NCBI RefSeq assembly: GCF_009914755.1
Contig: NC_060944.1
Origin: the human T2T-CHM13v2.0 reference genome, Homo sapiens
Direction: 5' to 3' (one strand)
Length of the DNA stretch: 64,000 bases
In this document: positions 11,940-27,385 of the stretch, one piece after another
How the letters are laid out: every line of letters starts with the position of its first letter
Numbering within the stretch: position 1 is the stretch's first letter
The notes under the pieces: model-generated
Databases searched by the model: none
What the model was told of the DNA's origin: nothing
Seen by the model: the letters and a program-made list of their open reading frames with translations, nothing else
Made by a program: the position numbers and the translations under genes

Positions 11940-12960
11940 GTGGGGATAAAACAGAGCAGAAAAACTGAAAATTCTAAAAATCAGAGCGCCTCTCCTCCTG
12001 CAAGGGAACGCAGCTCCTCACCAGCAACAGAACAAAGCTGGACAGAGAATGACTTTGACGAGTTGAGAGAAGAAGGCTTCAGATGATCAAACTTCTCTGA
12101 ACTAAAGAAGGAAGTTCAAACCCATGGCAAAGAAGTTAAAAACCTTGAAAAAAGATTAGACGAATGGCTAACAAGAATAACCAATGCAGGGAAGTCCTTA
12201 AAGGACCTGATGGAGCTGAAAACCATGGCACGAGAACCACATGACAAATGCACAAGCTTCAGTAGCCAATTTGATCAACTGGAAGAAAGGGTATCAGTGA
12301 TGGAAGATCAAATGAATGAAATGAAGCGAGAAGAGAAGTTTAGAGAAAAAAGAATAAAAAGAAATGAACAAAGGCTCCAAGAAATATGGGACTATGTGAA
12401 AAGACCAAATCTATGTCTGATTGGTGTACCTGAAAGTGATGGGGAGAATGGAACCAAGTTGGAAAACACTCTGCAGGATATTATCCAGGAGAACTTCCCC
12501 AACCTAGCAAGGCAGGCCAACATTCAAATTCAGGAAATACAGAGAATGCCACAAAGATACTCCTTGAGAAGAACAACTCCAAGACACATAATTGTCAGAT
12601 TCACCAAAGTTGAAATGAAGGAAAAAATGTTAAGGGCAGCCAGAGAGAAAGGTCGGGTTACCCACAAAGGGAAGCCCATCAGACTAACAGCTGATCTCTC
12701 GGCAGAAACTCTACAAGCCAGAAGAGAGTGGGGGCCGATATTCAACATTCTTAAAGAAAAGAATTTTCAACCAAGAATTTCATATCCAGCCAAACTAAGC
12801 TTCATAAGTGAAGGAGAAATAAAATACTTTACAGACAAGCAAATGCTGAGAGATTTTGTCACCACCAGGCCTGCCCTAAAAGAGCAGTGCCCTGAAGGAA
12901 GCACTAAACATGGAAACGAACAACCGGTACCAGCCACTGCAAAAACATGCCAAATTGTAA
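11940..12960 (+). pseudogene. L1 ORF1p pseudogene
   Basis: Start codon ATG>GTG at 11940, in-frame TGA at 12084-12086 and a frameshifting insertion at ~12886; the track ORF 12210-13016 is the remnant. Confidence 0.93.
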
Positions 12961-13023
12961 AGACCATCAATGCTAGGAAGAAACTGCATCAACTAATGAG
13001 CAAAATAACCAGCTAACATCATA

Positions 13024-16843
<3,820 letters not shown>

Positions 16844-17309
16844 ACAACGAGAACACTTGGACACAGGAAGGGGAACATCACACAGCGGGGCCTGTTGTGG
16901 GGTGGGGGGAGTGGGGAGGGATAGCATTAGGAGATATACCTAATGTAAATGCTGAGTTAATGGGTGTAGCACACCAACATGGCATATGTATACATACGTA
17001 ACAAACCTGCATGTTGTGCACATGTACCATAAAACTTAAAGTATAATAAAAAAAACTCTAGAATTCCTCTGTATATTTCCTTCAAATAATGCAAATTTTT
17101 GGCACTACATATAAAATTATTAAAATCTTTTTGATGCCCCTCAGTGGCCTCTTCTGTGATTTTATCATTTCTCCCTAAACTGATGGAAACCATAGTTCTT
17201 CCAAGGACTTGATATCAATCTTTCACATCTTAATAAAAATTGAGTTTATTATGTAAAAAGCTTTGCCTTGAAATATATATTTTAAAATTTTTCATCATAC
17301 ACAAGAAGT

Positions 17310-17749
17310 TGTAGTGACACTGTTACTATCCCATTCAGATCCCCTCTACCATGTAGCTGGTTGCTGAGTGTTGTAGTGGCTGTGAATGTTGGATATTATT
17401 GGCTCTCGGCTCCTTACTTTTCTGTTGAACTGCCCTGTGCAGATAGGAGCCACCTTGCTGTGAAGATTATGCCCTCCCACCCCAGGAGCAGCTCACAGCC
17501 AATGACTGACTAATATAGGAGTATAAAATCTTCCCCCTTTGACTCATGAAGGGATAATTCTGTGGTCCCTGTCATACTCCAGAACTCCCTGTGGGATCAA
17601 ACTGAAACTAGGCTTCAGTTGAACCACTTCCTTGTCTAGCTTCTTCCCCTACCCTCTTCTGCTTTCTCCACTCTCTGAGAGGGTTCTCCCTCAATAAATC
17701 GCTTGCACAAAAGCCCCATCTCGGTCTCTGCTCCAGAAACCCTAAGAAA
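17310..17749 (+). mobile_element. LTR16C-like ERVL solo LTR
   Basis: TGTAGTGACACTG..CAGCCAATGACTGAC..CTCCCTCAATAAATCGCTTGCACAA..CCTAAGAAA; TSD GAAGT/GAATT. Confidence 0.85.
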
Positions 17750-18019
17750 GAATTTTTAGATATTACTGCAGAGAAAAACTAGCAAAAGGAAGAGTAAACG
17801 GCTTTTCTATCCTCTGGAAATAATAATGAAATGGACTCCCATTGTGTCTATACATTGAACTAGCTCAGAACATTGAGGTAGTTGTCATCACTTACCATTA
17901 GGGAAAATAAACCGACAAAATAAAAAAAAAAAAAAGTAAACAACACTACCATCAAAAATTGTGGCTCTCTCCTTTTATCGTTGGTACTAGTTCTTGTTCA
18001 AATAGAAATCAGACAATTA

Positions 18020-18170
18020 TCAAGTGGAAATATAGAGTTTAGAGTAAGAAGACCTAAGCTCACCATTCTCATTTTATAACCTGGAGATTTTGACTTCACT
18101 AAGTCTGCTTTAATTTCTGTAAAATGGGGTAAAAATGCTTTGTTATCTGTCTTTTATTATAGAAGCACAA
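18020..18170 (+). mobile_element. MIR fragment
   Basis: GAAGACCT..TGACTTCACTAAGTCTG..TTTCTGTAAAATGGGGT core. Confidence 0.55.
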
Positions 18171-19609
18171 ATAAATAATATAGGAGAGTGGGAAATGTAT
18201 TACTATTTTTATAGCAAAACGTGAATTTAATAATTCAACTTTGCCCTTTATTACTAAGGGCCTTTAATTTCTCCAACAGCATTTTTTAGAGCCTCACATT
18301 TTATTGTTCATACTATTGTGTGGGTTTCCTTCAGAGTGAGGAATTAAGACTGTCTTGAATTATGGGGAAGAGTTTATAAACAAAGCATTGACTAAGAACT
18401 GAAGTGACTTAAAAAATATTTACCACTGAACTTTGTTATGTGAATGTGTGTTCTACTCATGGAGAACTATACACATATTTTAGTGTGCTGCCAATCTTTA
18501 GCATCTTTGGAAGTTACATCCATCAGTGTGGAATTCTCACCTGAGGCCTGCTCTTTCAACAAACATTGTCTGAGGGCCTGCTATGTGACTGGAAATGTGC
18601 TAAGCGCTAGGCATGCTAATTAAACCAAAATTTTTATTTATGATTAATATTTGTCCACTGATAATTAATTTGATTTTCCCATGAATAGATTTTCCCATGA
18701 AATCTAACAATCACAGGGAATCAAGTCTATTAGAAAAGTCTGGAACTAAGAAATAGATGATTACACTTGGTATCAAACATGAGCTAATGATTGGAATACA
18801 ATGAAACTGATTTTTCCAATAAGGCTGGCAAATTTGATCCAAAGTGAGTTCCAGACTAAGGGAAAACTAATATTTATTGAACACTTAATACGTTCCAAAA
18901 ATTATATTTTCCAAATATCACTTTAGGGGATTATCTCAAAAGCCCGTCATCTGTACTTGCCAGTGAGATTCAGTGATTATTACAGATGAGTTTGTTAGGA
19001 TTTGGCAGTGGCAGATACAATCTCACATCACTCTGATGTCAAAGTCAAAGACCATGTTCTTTCAGTTACAACAGTAACGTATCCCTGGGGGTTTCAAATG
19101 TTTTATGGGCAAAGGACATAAAATTGAAATATTTACATAGCTTCCCGAGGGGAACCACTTAGAAATAAAAAAAACATAGGGGATCAGTAAGTTTTGAATT
19201 GTTTATCAAAGAACATCATTCTTTTTGATAAGTGTATCTTGTACTTCCATGCAATAAGAAGAGCAATTTCCATTCCAACAAAAGACAGCAAATTCCAACT
19301 GAAAGATGACGAGCTGAGATTTACAATGGATTACCCGATGAAAATCACTGGACAGTAACTCCAAGGTGACGGGATTACAAAGTTTAAAGCACTTCAAACC
19401 TATAATTGTTTGCCACATTCGTGATTTAACTTGAGGGTACCTAAACCCTATTTGTTGTAATACAGAGAATTTCCCAGCACTAAAAACAAAAATGTCCAAA
19501 TAGGTAATATGTTTCTTTGTTCTTCCATAACATTGTCATCACCAAAACCCAATCAGCCAGCCCTGACACGATATCCTCCTCTTAGAATCAAATTGGGGAG
19601 ATAATAGCA

Positions 19610-19820
19610 AAAACCATCATTTATTACAAATTCACTATGTACATTATTATATTTCATGCTCTTAATATAGCTAAGAAGTGGACATTATTATTATACCTCT
19701 TTTATAGGTGAGGTTTACAGAATGTAAGGATTTTTCATATAACACATAGTTTTAAGCAATGAATGCAGGATTTGAACCCAGTGGTATCCAACCACACATC
19801 TTCATTTTTTAACTATTATA
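19610..19820 (-). mobile_element. MIR
   Basis: ATTATTATACCTCTTTTATAGGTGAGG..GCAGGATTTGAACCCAG. Confidence 0.65.
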
Positions 19821-20289
19821 TTATAATTTTATCATCACTGCAAGAAAAGTAAAAATAATTTTTAAAACATAAAAAATGAAAATAAAGGTTATAAATATCA
19901 ATTAATACCACCACAGTACAAGAAGAAAATGGGTTACACAGTGCCAAATATATGGGAGAGTAATGAGGACCCTTGGATTTTGGGAGTCTGAGTCAGACTC
20001 CACAGAAAATGGTAAAGCATTCTTGAGAAGACTTTTTCTGTCTTTAACTGAAATAATAATTTATCATTCAACACTTTTCACTCTTCGGTTTGTAGATAAA
20101 ATTTTTGTCATGAATTAAATAATATAATTGTTTGTTCAATAAATAGCAAGTTACAGAAGCATGAGTGCTGGCCTTTCTTAGCACAATGTCCTGCCATTAA
20201 CCTACCAATTGTCCTCTTCAGCCCCACTTTTTTCTTCTTGACTCAAGACTGGTCCAGATAACGGAACCAGCAATTCAGAAAGGCTCAGC

Positions 20290-20405
20290 CACACTTATGG
20301 AGCACTCCTGGGTGCCAAGCATTGTGCAAAATGTCTCACAAACATCCCAGTGCGTTCTTTTGGTGGCCCATTATCTATATTTTCCAAATAAGGGATGTAA
20401 AGGAT
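20290..20405 (-). mobile_element. MIR fragment
   Basis: CTTATGGAGCACTCCTGGGTGCCAAGCATTGTGC..ATTTTCCAAATAAGG. Confidence 0.5.
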
Positions 20406-20789
20406 AAAATACCTGTGTAACCCTTAGAAAATTAAGAAAAAGTTCTTCCCAAAGTTTCCTTTTCTGAAATGTTACGAATCAACCTTTCTTCTCGTCTTAG
20501 AAATGAGCTGGATATGGCTCATTTATGATGCCAGAGAGAGAAAATATACTCACTTCTTGGATTCTTATGTGAGGCCATTCCCTTTCCGCCCACCCACTTT
20601 ATTTTCTAGGGAAAGACTTGACCATCCTCTTTCCTCAGTTCAACAGTGGCCAGTCCATGTACTGGTTTGAGACAAAGCGATGAAAAATCTTGCATGTCTT
20701 GTTTTTCTCATTTCAATTCTCCTTGGGAGAATGGGATTGTAGTTATGGTAAACCAAACATTGCTTTTCGGCTTTCATGAGTTTAGTAAA

Positions 20790-20885
20790 GTCTCTCTTTG
20801 AGTTTCTTGGAGGTAGAGACTATATCTTATTGATTTTTATTCCTCTAGCTCCTAATTTAATATCTGGTGCATTATCTATACACCA
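20790..20885 (+). mobile_element. L2 3' fragment
   Basis: TGAGTTTCTTGGAGGTAGAGACTATATCTTATT..CTCTAGCTCCTAA. Confidence 0.5.
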
Positions 20886-20984
20886 TGAGTATGATATGAA
20901 TTTGATTCTATAAAAAGTCACTTACGTGATTTGGATGTTTAACATTATTTAACATGGGCAAGGGCACTCATTTTATAGGAAAGA

Positions 20985-21205
20985 TAAGGCTTAAAGGAAA
21001 TCATTACCACAAAAGTCAGGGGATCCGTTACCTTCAAGTTGAAGGAAAAATCTCCCACAGGCAAAAGATAAACAGGAACTTTTTGAGGCACTGTCAATAT
21101 TTTATTTCTTGATTTGCATGGTAGGTACCCAAATGCTCAGTTGCTAACTATTATTTAAATTTTCATAAGCACTTTTCTGTATGCTTTATAAATTTTATGA
21201 AATAC
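20985..21205 (+). mobile_element. L1ME-type 3' end fragment
   Basis: CACAAAAGTCAGG..GTTACCTT..CAATATTTTATTTCTTGATTTG..GCACTTTTCTGTATG. Confidence 0.6.
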
Positions 21206-22539
21206 ATCATACATGTATAAAATAGATGAAGCAAACAGACATGTGTTTGCACAATTTAAGGGAAATTATAAACCAAACACTACGTAATCACCAAACCACA
21301 TGTGTTACTACCAAGCTAAAATGAAAAAGAAAAAAATAAAGGTGATTTAAATTAAAATGCCCCTAGACAAAGTAATTATCCGACTTAACTTCCAATGTCC
21401 ATGCACGTGATACTTCCTTGTGAGGACAAGAAAGGGAGTGGCACAGTGAATATGGAAAAAGAGTGTCAATAATGGGATTGAAGGACAAGAGGAAATAGTT
21501 CTTGGTTCATAGGTTTGGGCAGCAAATATTCTATCTATGTGAGTGATGAAGAGATACGTACTCCTGTCAGAAGGATGGCTCCTTTCTCTTCATAGGGGAT
21601 AAAAGATGAGTGGAAGTCAGACTAGTGAGGGGAGGGTGTTAGATGGTGGTGGTTTTGATTAACCTGATAATTTCAGGTGAAAAATCAGATCTCCCAGATT
21701 AAGATTATGATGCTCCAATAATGCTGTAATATTACTTAAAGGAAAAGATGGGGAGCTAAGTCTTGGCAATTGTCACACAAAAATTATTGATATATTGATC
21801 ATCTTAAAAGGTTACTACGTTTATAAATCATAACTGTTATGGAGCCATGGATTGGTGGGCTGCTGATTGGTATTACAAACTGACATCGATGAACTATGGT
21901 GGCTTGACATTTGTTCCTTTGTTCTTCTCTATGAGTTAATTTATGTGACAGGCTGTGTTTTTGAAGGTCTGAGCTTTAGAATGAATCAGAGTAAACAACT
22001 GCCCTGCAGTAATAAAATGCCTACACCTATTTGCTGAATGAATCCTTCTTAGAAAGAGGCAATTCTGAATGGAATGGCTCTCTACTTAGAAAGCTAATAA
22101 TTAAACACTTTTTCACCAGTGGATCAAGACCCATGGTTGTGGGTGTTATTATCCCCTATATAGAATATGTTCCATTTTCCCATGTTTAAATTCCTAAGAC
22201 CAATGGAATGGAAACATAGAATTAACCTGATTGAAGCAGAAAGCATTCTGGAGTAAAAACCTCTCATTCTCCTGGTCTGTCTTAATGGGAAATCAAATGT
22301 GATTTGTGTTGTGTGGAGATGATTACCGATGGGTAATTATTCTAAAATATCTCTTTTCAAATCCTTTACGTGGCAATCAAGGAAGAATGTGAGAGGTTAG
22401 GCAATACGTTACCAGGGCTATCAGCAGCATATAATTTCTTAATTACGCATAAAAATGAATAGCAATACCTACTGAAGGAGGTCTTGAATTTCCTTTGTGA
22501 AGTCTGGAGGACACACGGGCCTCCGAGCCTTATTAGAGA

Positions 22540-22760
22540 ATATGTGGTTAAAAAGACAGAAGCAAAGATTCTTCTTTCTAATAATTGTGTGACTGAACCT
22601 CAGTTTTCTCATCTCTAAAATAGGAATAATGATACTTTTTTACTTGGAGCTGTGGTGTGAATTGCATTATGTAATGTCACAAGCTGCTTATTTTTGTGCC
22701 TAGCATATAATACAAGACACTCAACAAATGATAGCCCTTATTATGGCTGTTATTATTAGT
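22540..22760 (+). mobile_element. MIR with a (TAG/TAC)n-like tail extending to ~22795
   Basis: CTGAACCTCAGTTTTCTCATCTCTAAAATAGGAATAAT..GTGCCTAGCA..CTCAACAAATG. Confidence 0.75.
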
Positions 22761-24429
22761 AGTAGTGTTACTATTACTACTTCTTGTACTACTACTTTTG
22801 GCTAAGGCTTACCTAATTCAGGTAGAAATAAATTTAATTGAAATGAATGTCACTTGGATATTTCATTTTGTTATGAAGTTATTGACACAGTTAAAAGTAA
22901 CACACATTATTAAGGTAAGTTTTAAAACTGTTGTGGGAAAGTCTATCATAATATTTTCCTAAAAGCATCTTCTGTTTCACCATGGTAAATTATTCATCGG
23001 TTTCTTTTAGAGTGGCATGTGCTATTTGAATGTGGCAACCAGCTTTAAATAAATTAACGTATTTATTTACACATCCCAACACTGCATCCTCTAATTTTGG
23101 GGGGAAAATATGTACATTTAAAAAATCTATTATGAAGGCTTGTCAGGAACAGATGAAGTGCTATGAATTGTTACTATTTGTGTTCTCTTTTTTTTTTCTC
23201 AGCGTAAAAAGAGTACTTTAACATTGTGCATCCTTTCTTAAGGAATTTAAGAAATTACCAAATCGAGCAGTTGGTTGAAGGAGACTTTAAGCTCTCAGCT
23301 ACTCAAGTAGCCAGTGCCACAGATTTCCAGCTTTGGAATCACATTTATGAGCAGTGACAAACCAAAGCAGTACATCTACATGGTCTTGTTGCCGTGTTTG
23401 ATTGAGGGTGATGAGGAATCTAATAAAAGATGTTTTGTGTAATGAGAATAACACTATACCCAACACTTCATATAGAAGCAAAGCTGGACTGAGAGTTCAA
23501 CTCCCCTGGTGAGGCCATATGCTAAACACCTTCATCTCTGGTGCATCTCATTCCTCCTTCACCATTTTCACTTCCACTGTCCTAAGACATAAGAAAACTG
23601 GAAGATAAAGGAAAGCATGCTACATTTTTATTGACTCACAAGGAGGCAGGAACAGAGATATTCCTAATCAAAACAATAGATGGTGACTATAGATTGGAAG
23701 TTAGGTCAACTGTGGCCCTTAGAAGGAAAGAATCAGCAACTAGAAGCCAACCAGCCTGAGCGGAGTCTCAGGCATTTCTCCTAGCCAGAGGCTTCCCATT
23801 CACTCTCAGATGTTCCCGCTGTACCCTGCCAGGCCACTAAGTCATTATCATGGGCAGAGCTTTGTGTCACTGGGCCTGGCATGTGGCAAAGGAGAATCAA
23901 AGATGGAACTTTGAATGATTTGATCTCAAAGGTGGGAGAGAGAGGAGTCCTTAGTTCAATTTACTCCTGCCATTAGTACTCCAGGGATAGCTAGAACTCT
24001 AGGGTCCGGGGAGTATTGTCAATGAAAAACGAGTGTGCAGATTTACAAACAGAAAACGTATAGGTAACCTTTTGAAATATGACATTTGAGAACCTCTTGT
24101 GTCTTTTTGTTTATTTTTTGGAAGTGCAAAATCTGTTTTTATTTTAAACTTTTACAATTTGAAACTGTAAAGAGATAAGTGGATGCTGAAGTCTCTCAGC
24201 CTTGCAACTTGAGGTTTTTAAGAAACTGACTCATCAGGAGATTTGGACCTGTGGTTCAGCTTTGCGTGTATACACTTTTGTTGCTGACTTTAATATTCTT
24301 TCAAGTGCATTGGCCTTATCTCTTCTGCTAGTCTGGAGGCTATCTGGTATCTCAGATGGTGCTTTTTCAGTGTTAGCCATAGAAGCTAGTATTTTGTTTA
24401 TAGTTCCATTGGTTGTTGACACTTTAGTA

Positions 24430-24632
24430 CAGGGTTCCTCAACTTTAGTGTGCATCAGAATGGTCCAGTGAGACTGTTACAACAGATTCCTGGATCCTAA
24501 TTCTAGAGACTGAAATGTGTTAGGTCTAGGATGGAGCCTAATATTCTACATTTTTGACATACCCGTATCCTCCTCCAAGTGATCCTCATATTGCAGGTCT
24601 TTGAACTACACTAGACACTTTGGGTAACATTG
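24430..24632. mobile_element. MER5A-like hAT-Charlie MITE
   Basis: CAGGGTTCCTCAACTTT..GCATCAGAAT..CAGATTCCTGG..CACTTTGGGTAACATTG, with degenerate terminal inverted repeats. Confidence 0.75.
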
Positions 24633-25794
24633 TCTTGGAGTGTTGCTGCATTCTACAGTCTTCATGTTCACTTTGCTCTGGAAGATTCTAGTCTTAGTTA
24701 TAATCTATTGTTTGGTCTACCAAAGTAGAGATGCACCAGATTGCACTTAAAATCCACTACACAAGTCCTCAAGGCCTCAGTAAAACCCTCTGGAAGCCCT
24801 TTTGTGTCTGTTATTCTTGGGTCTTTAAGCTAACAGAACCTGAGATGCATGTACCTTGGGATGGCTGAACAGACTCACTATAGCAGTGGAAGTAGGAGGG
24901 ACAGGAGATACGTATAAAATACCAAATTTCAGAAATGATTAGTTTTGTTTTTCACAGAACACAAAGGAATCAATTTAAAAGACTACTTGATCTCATCCCT
25001 ATAATTTCATTCTGGTGTACAAGGAAAGTAATACACACTGCTGGAAAGGAGATGAAACATGGCTAAATTAAAGCTACGTATAATCCAAAAATCTTTTAGA
25101 TCTGGCTTGAAATTCAACCATACCCTCACCTATTCACAGCCCCATTTTGGGCCTGGCTCTGGGAGATCTCTAAACATAATGAGACATTTGTGGAACAGGG
25201 GTAAGGTATGGGAAGGCAGGGTGGGTTATGGGAGTCAGGCAAGCTTAGCTTCTCTGACCCTCTGTTTTCTCATCTGGCAGATAGAAATGTTATATACAGA
25301 AGGTTCTTACAAGAATGTTATTCATACAGAGGTTCTTAAAAGAACCTCAAAGAGTTCTTTTAAGCATTGCATGTAAATATGTGTATAAACAGTATAAAAT
25401 CTAGAACATCATAATGCCCAGTTAATATTAGGTTTTTTTTTAGTGATTTCTGCCCATAAAGTTGGAAAAACATGGGGACTGAAGAAAGAAAAGATTATTA
25501 AAAATTGCAAAGTGGTTAATCTCCTGGCACATGATTTATTCTATTTTTTTAAAGGCTACTGCTAGCTCCAAAGACTGGCCTAGAAACTGAAGTTACTGGC
25601 AATAGAAATTCTAAAAAATGGCATCAAATTTTCAAAGTAGAGGGACACATCTTGGATGTTAAAGATAAGAGGTATAATACGGATGGAAAATATTTATATA
25701 AAGTCCTCAATATTTGACAATTGTCCTTAGGAGCTCCTAAAATTTCAAAGTAAGGTGCAAATTATATGTAATTGACTAATTAGGGAGTCTGACA

Positions 25795-25895
25795 TAATAC
25801 AGCATATGGAAAGGCAGTGGAATTGGAAGTTGGGTTTTAATTCCTGTTCTACCCTTAACCAGCCTTGTGATCTTGGTAAAGTCACTTAACTTACT
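25795..25895 (+). mobile_element. MIR 5' fragment
   Basis: GGAAAGGCAGTGGAATTGGAAG..GGGTTTTAATTCCTG..TGTGATCTTGGTAAAGTCACTTAAC. Confidence 0.65.
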
Positions 25896-25898
25896 GCC

Positions 25899-25901
<3 letters not shown>

Positions 25902-25941
<40 letters not shown>
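25902..25941. repeat. (AC)20 microsatellite
   Basis: Perfect run, read directly. Confidence 0.98.
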
Positions 25942-25943
<2 letters not shown>

Positions 25944-27224
25944 CAGGAAGACCAGCTAAGTGACTTACAGCCCAGAAATATTATCCTTTGTTCAAAGTCA
26001 TCAAGGATATACTTAGCTATATACTTAGCTAAATATTCCCATGAAAAAAAATGCTTCAAAGACAAAATATGAGGGAAATAAAGTTTCGCTATTGGGATGC
26101 TGATCTTTATATGACTGTACTCTGTAGCTCTGAAGACAGATATTTTCTGAAAGTCTTTCCTTCTTAACTTAGTCCTAGGTTGCTCTGCTCACAGGAGGAC
26201 AGTAGGAGGAGAGTGGGTCACTTAATCCTTCATCGAGGTAAGATCTCTTCTATTCATGCTATGAAAATGGGTCTACATCAGACTGTTCACTGTAGGCAGT
26301 GCCTACTGTGTAGAAAGAGCTCAATAAATGTTTGTAAACTGAATGATGAAATGGATGAATGGCAAACAATTCAACCCCAAGAAGGTTACCCCAGAGAGTC
26401 TATACAAATCAAATTGTAAAAATTTTCACCTTGGTGATTCTATGTGGACACAGCCTCAATTTCACCAGGGCCTGAAGAATAATTACAATGATCATTCATG
26501 TCTCCATGTCGAAATAAGGCATAACATTCAAACTTTCCCAAGGTGTATTATTGCACACACTTCATTTTGGAAAGGTTGATATAGTAAATTAGCAGCTCCA
26601 CCACAAGGCTAATAAGGCTAATGAGAGGTATTGGTAAAATTGCAGCCATAGAAAATAAGACATTCTTTCCCATCATGAGAAGCAAAATTGTATAGCAGAA
26701 GGCCATGCATGGAAACACATTCCGTGACAAGCAGACCCTATCATCATACTTTTTGCAAAAGTGTTTTCCCTCTCTCTTCGTGTATTAATTATTCAGTATT
26801 TTGTCTTTAAAAATAACATTGAGTGCGAATTATGTGCATGACACTATGATAAATAGTATGGGTGATAGATAACACATAAGTCAGTTTCTACCTACAAGAA
26901 CTGCACAGTAAGTTGAGGACATAAACATATGCACACAAAATCTACACGTGAAATGTCTGATGGTTCCTATACTAAGTAGGGAGAGGCCTAATTACTAAGA
27001 TTTCTGATACCTGCAAGTAAAGAGTCAAGGGCCACCATGTTGGGTAGGAGGAGGTTGGAAAGGTTGAAAATATGTTATAATAAAAATAAACAAAGTTGAG
27101 GTGGAACATCTCTGGATATCTGTGGGATCAAGTCAGTTCAATAATCATGAGGTGGAGAAAGTCGTGGGGTCATCCACAGAGATGTGGCACTTGTGGTGAC
27201 TAACAGTAATAATAATAACTGCTA

Positions 27225-27385
27225 AGTAGAGTAAGAGGAGCACTGGTTTTGGAGTCTAATCATGTACATTGGAACTCCAGTTCTGTCAATTACCATGCAA
27301 CTAAACTTGAGCCAAAGCTATGAGCATCAGTTTACCAATCTGTTAGTAGTTGATAGGTATCTATCTCAGAGGGATCTTCAAAGGA
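27225..27385 (+). mobile_element. MIR fragment
   Basis: GAGCACTGGTTTTGGAGTC..CCAGTTCTG..TGAGCATCAGTTTACCAATCTG. Confidence 0.5.

Noticed and set aside
16898-16920. G-quadruplex-forming tract (also ~296-318 and 6439-6457 on the minus strand)
   Set aside because: A standard feature of L1PA 3'UTRs, not specific to this locus.
17922-17935. Isolated poly(A) runs (also ~44968-44983) as retrocopy tails
   Set aside because: No upstream SINE or mRNA body and no TSD visible.
19206-19499. 97-aa minus-strand ORF in unique sequence
   Set aside because: Non-ATG start, no recognisable domain, and no clear splice context.
22765-22962. Signal-peptide-like ORF (MLLLLLLVLLLLAKA)
   Set aside because: It has a GTG start, and the Leu run comes from a (TAC/TAT)n simple repeat at a MIR tail.
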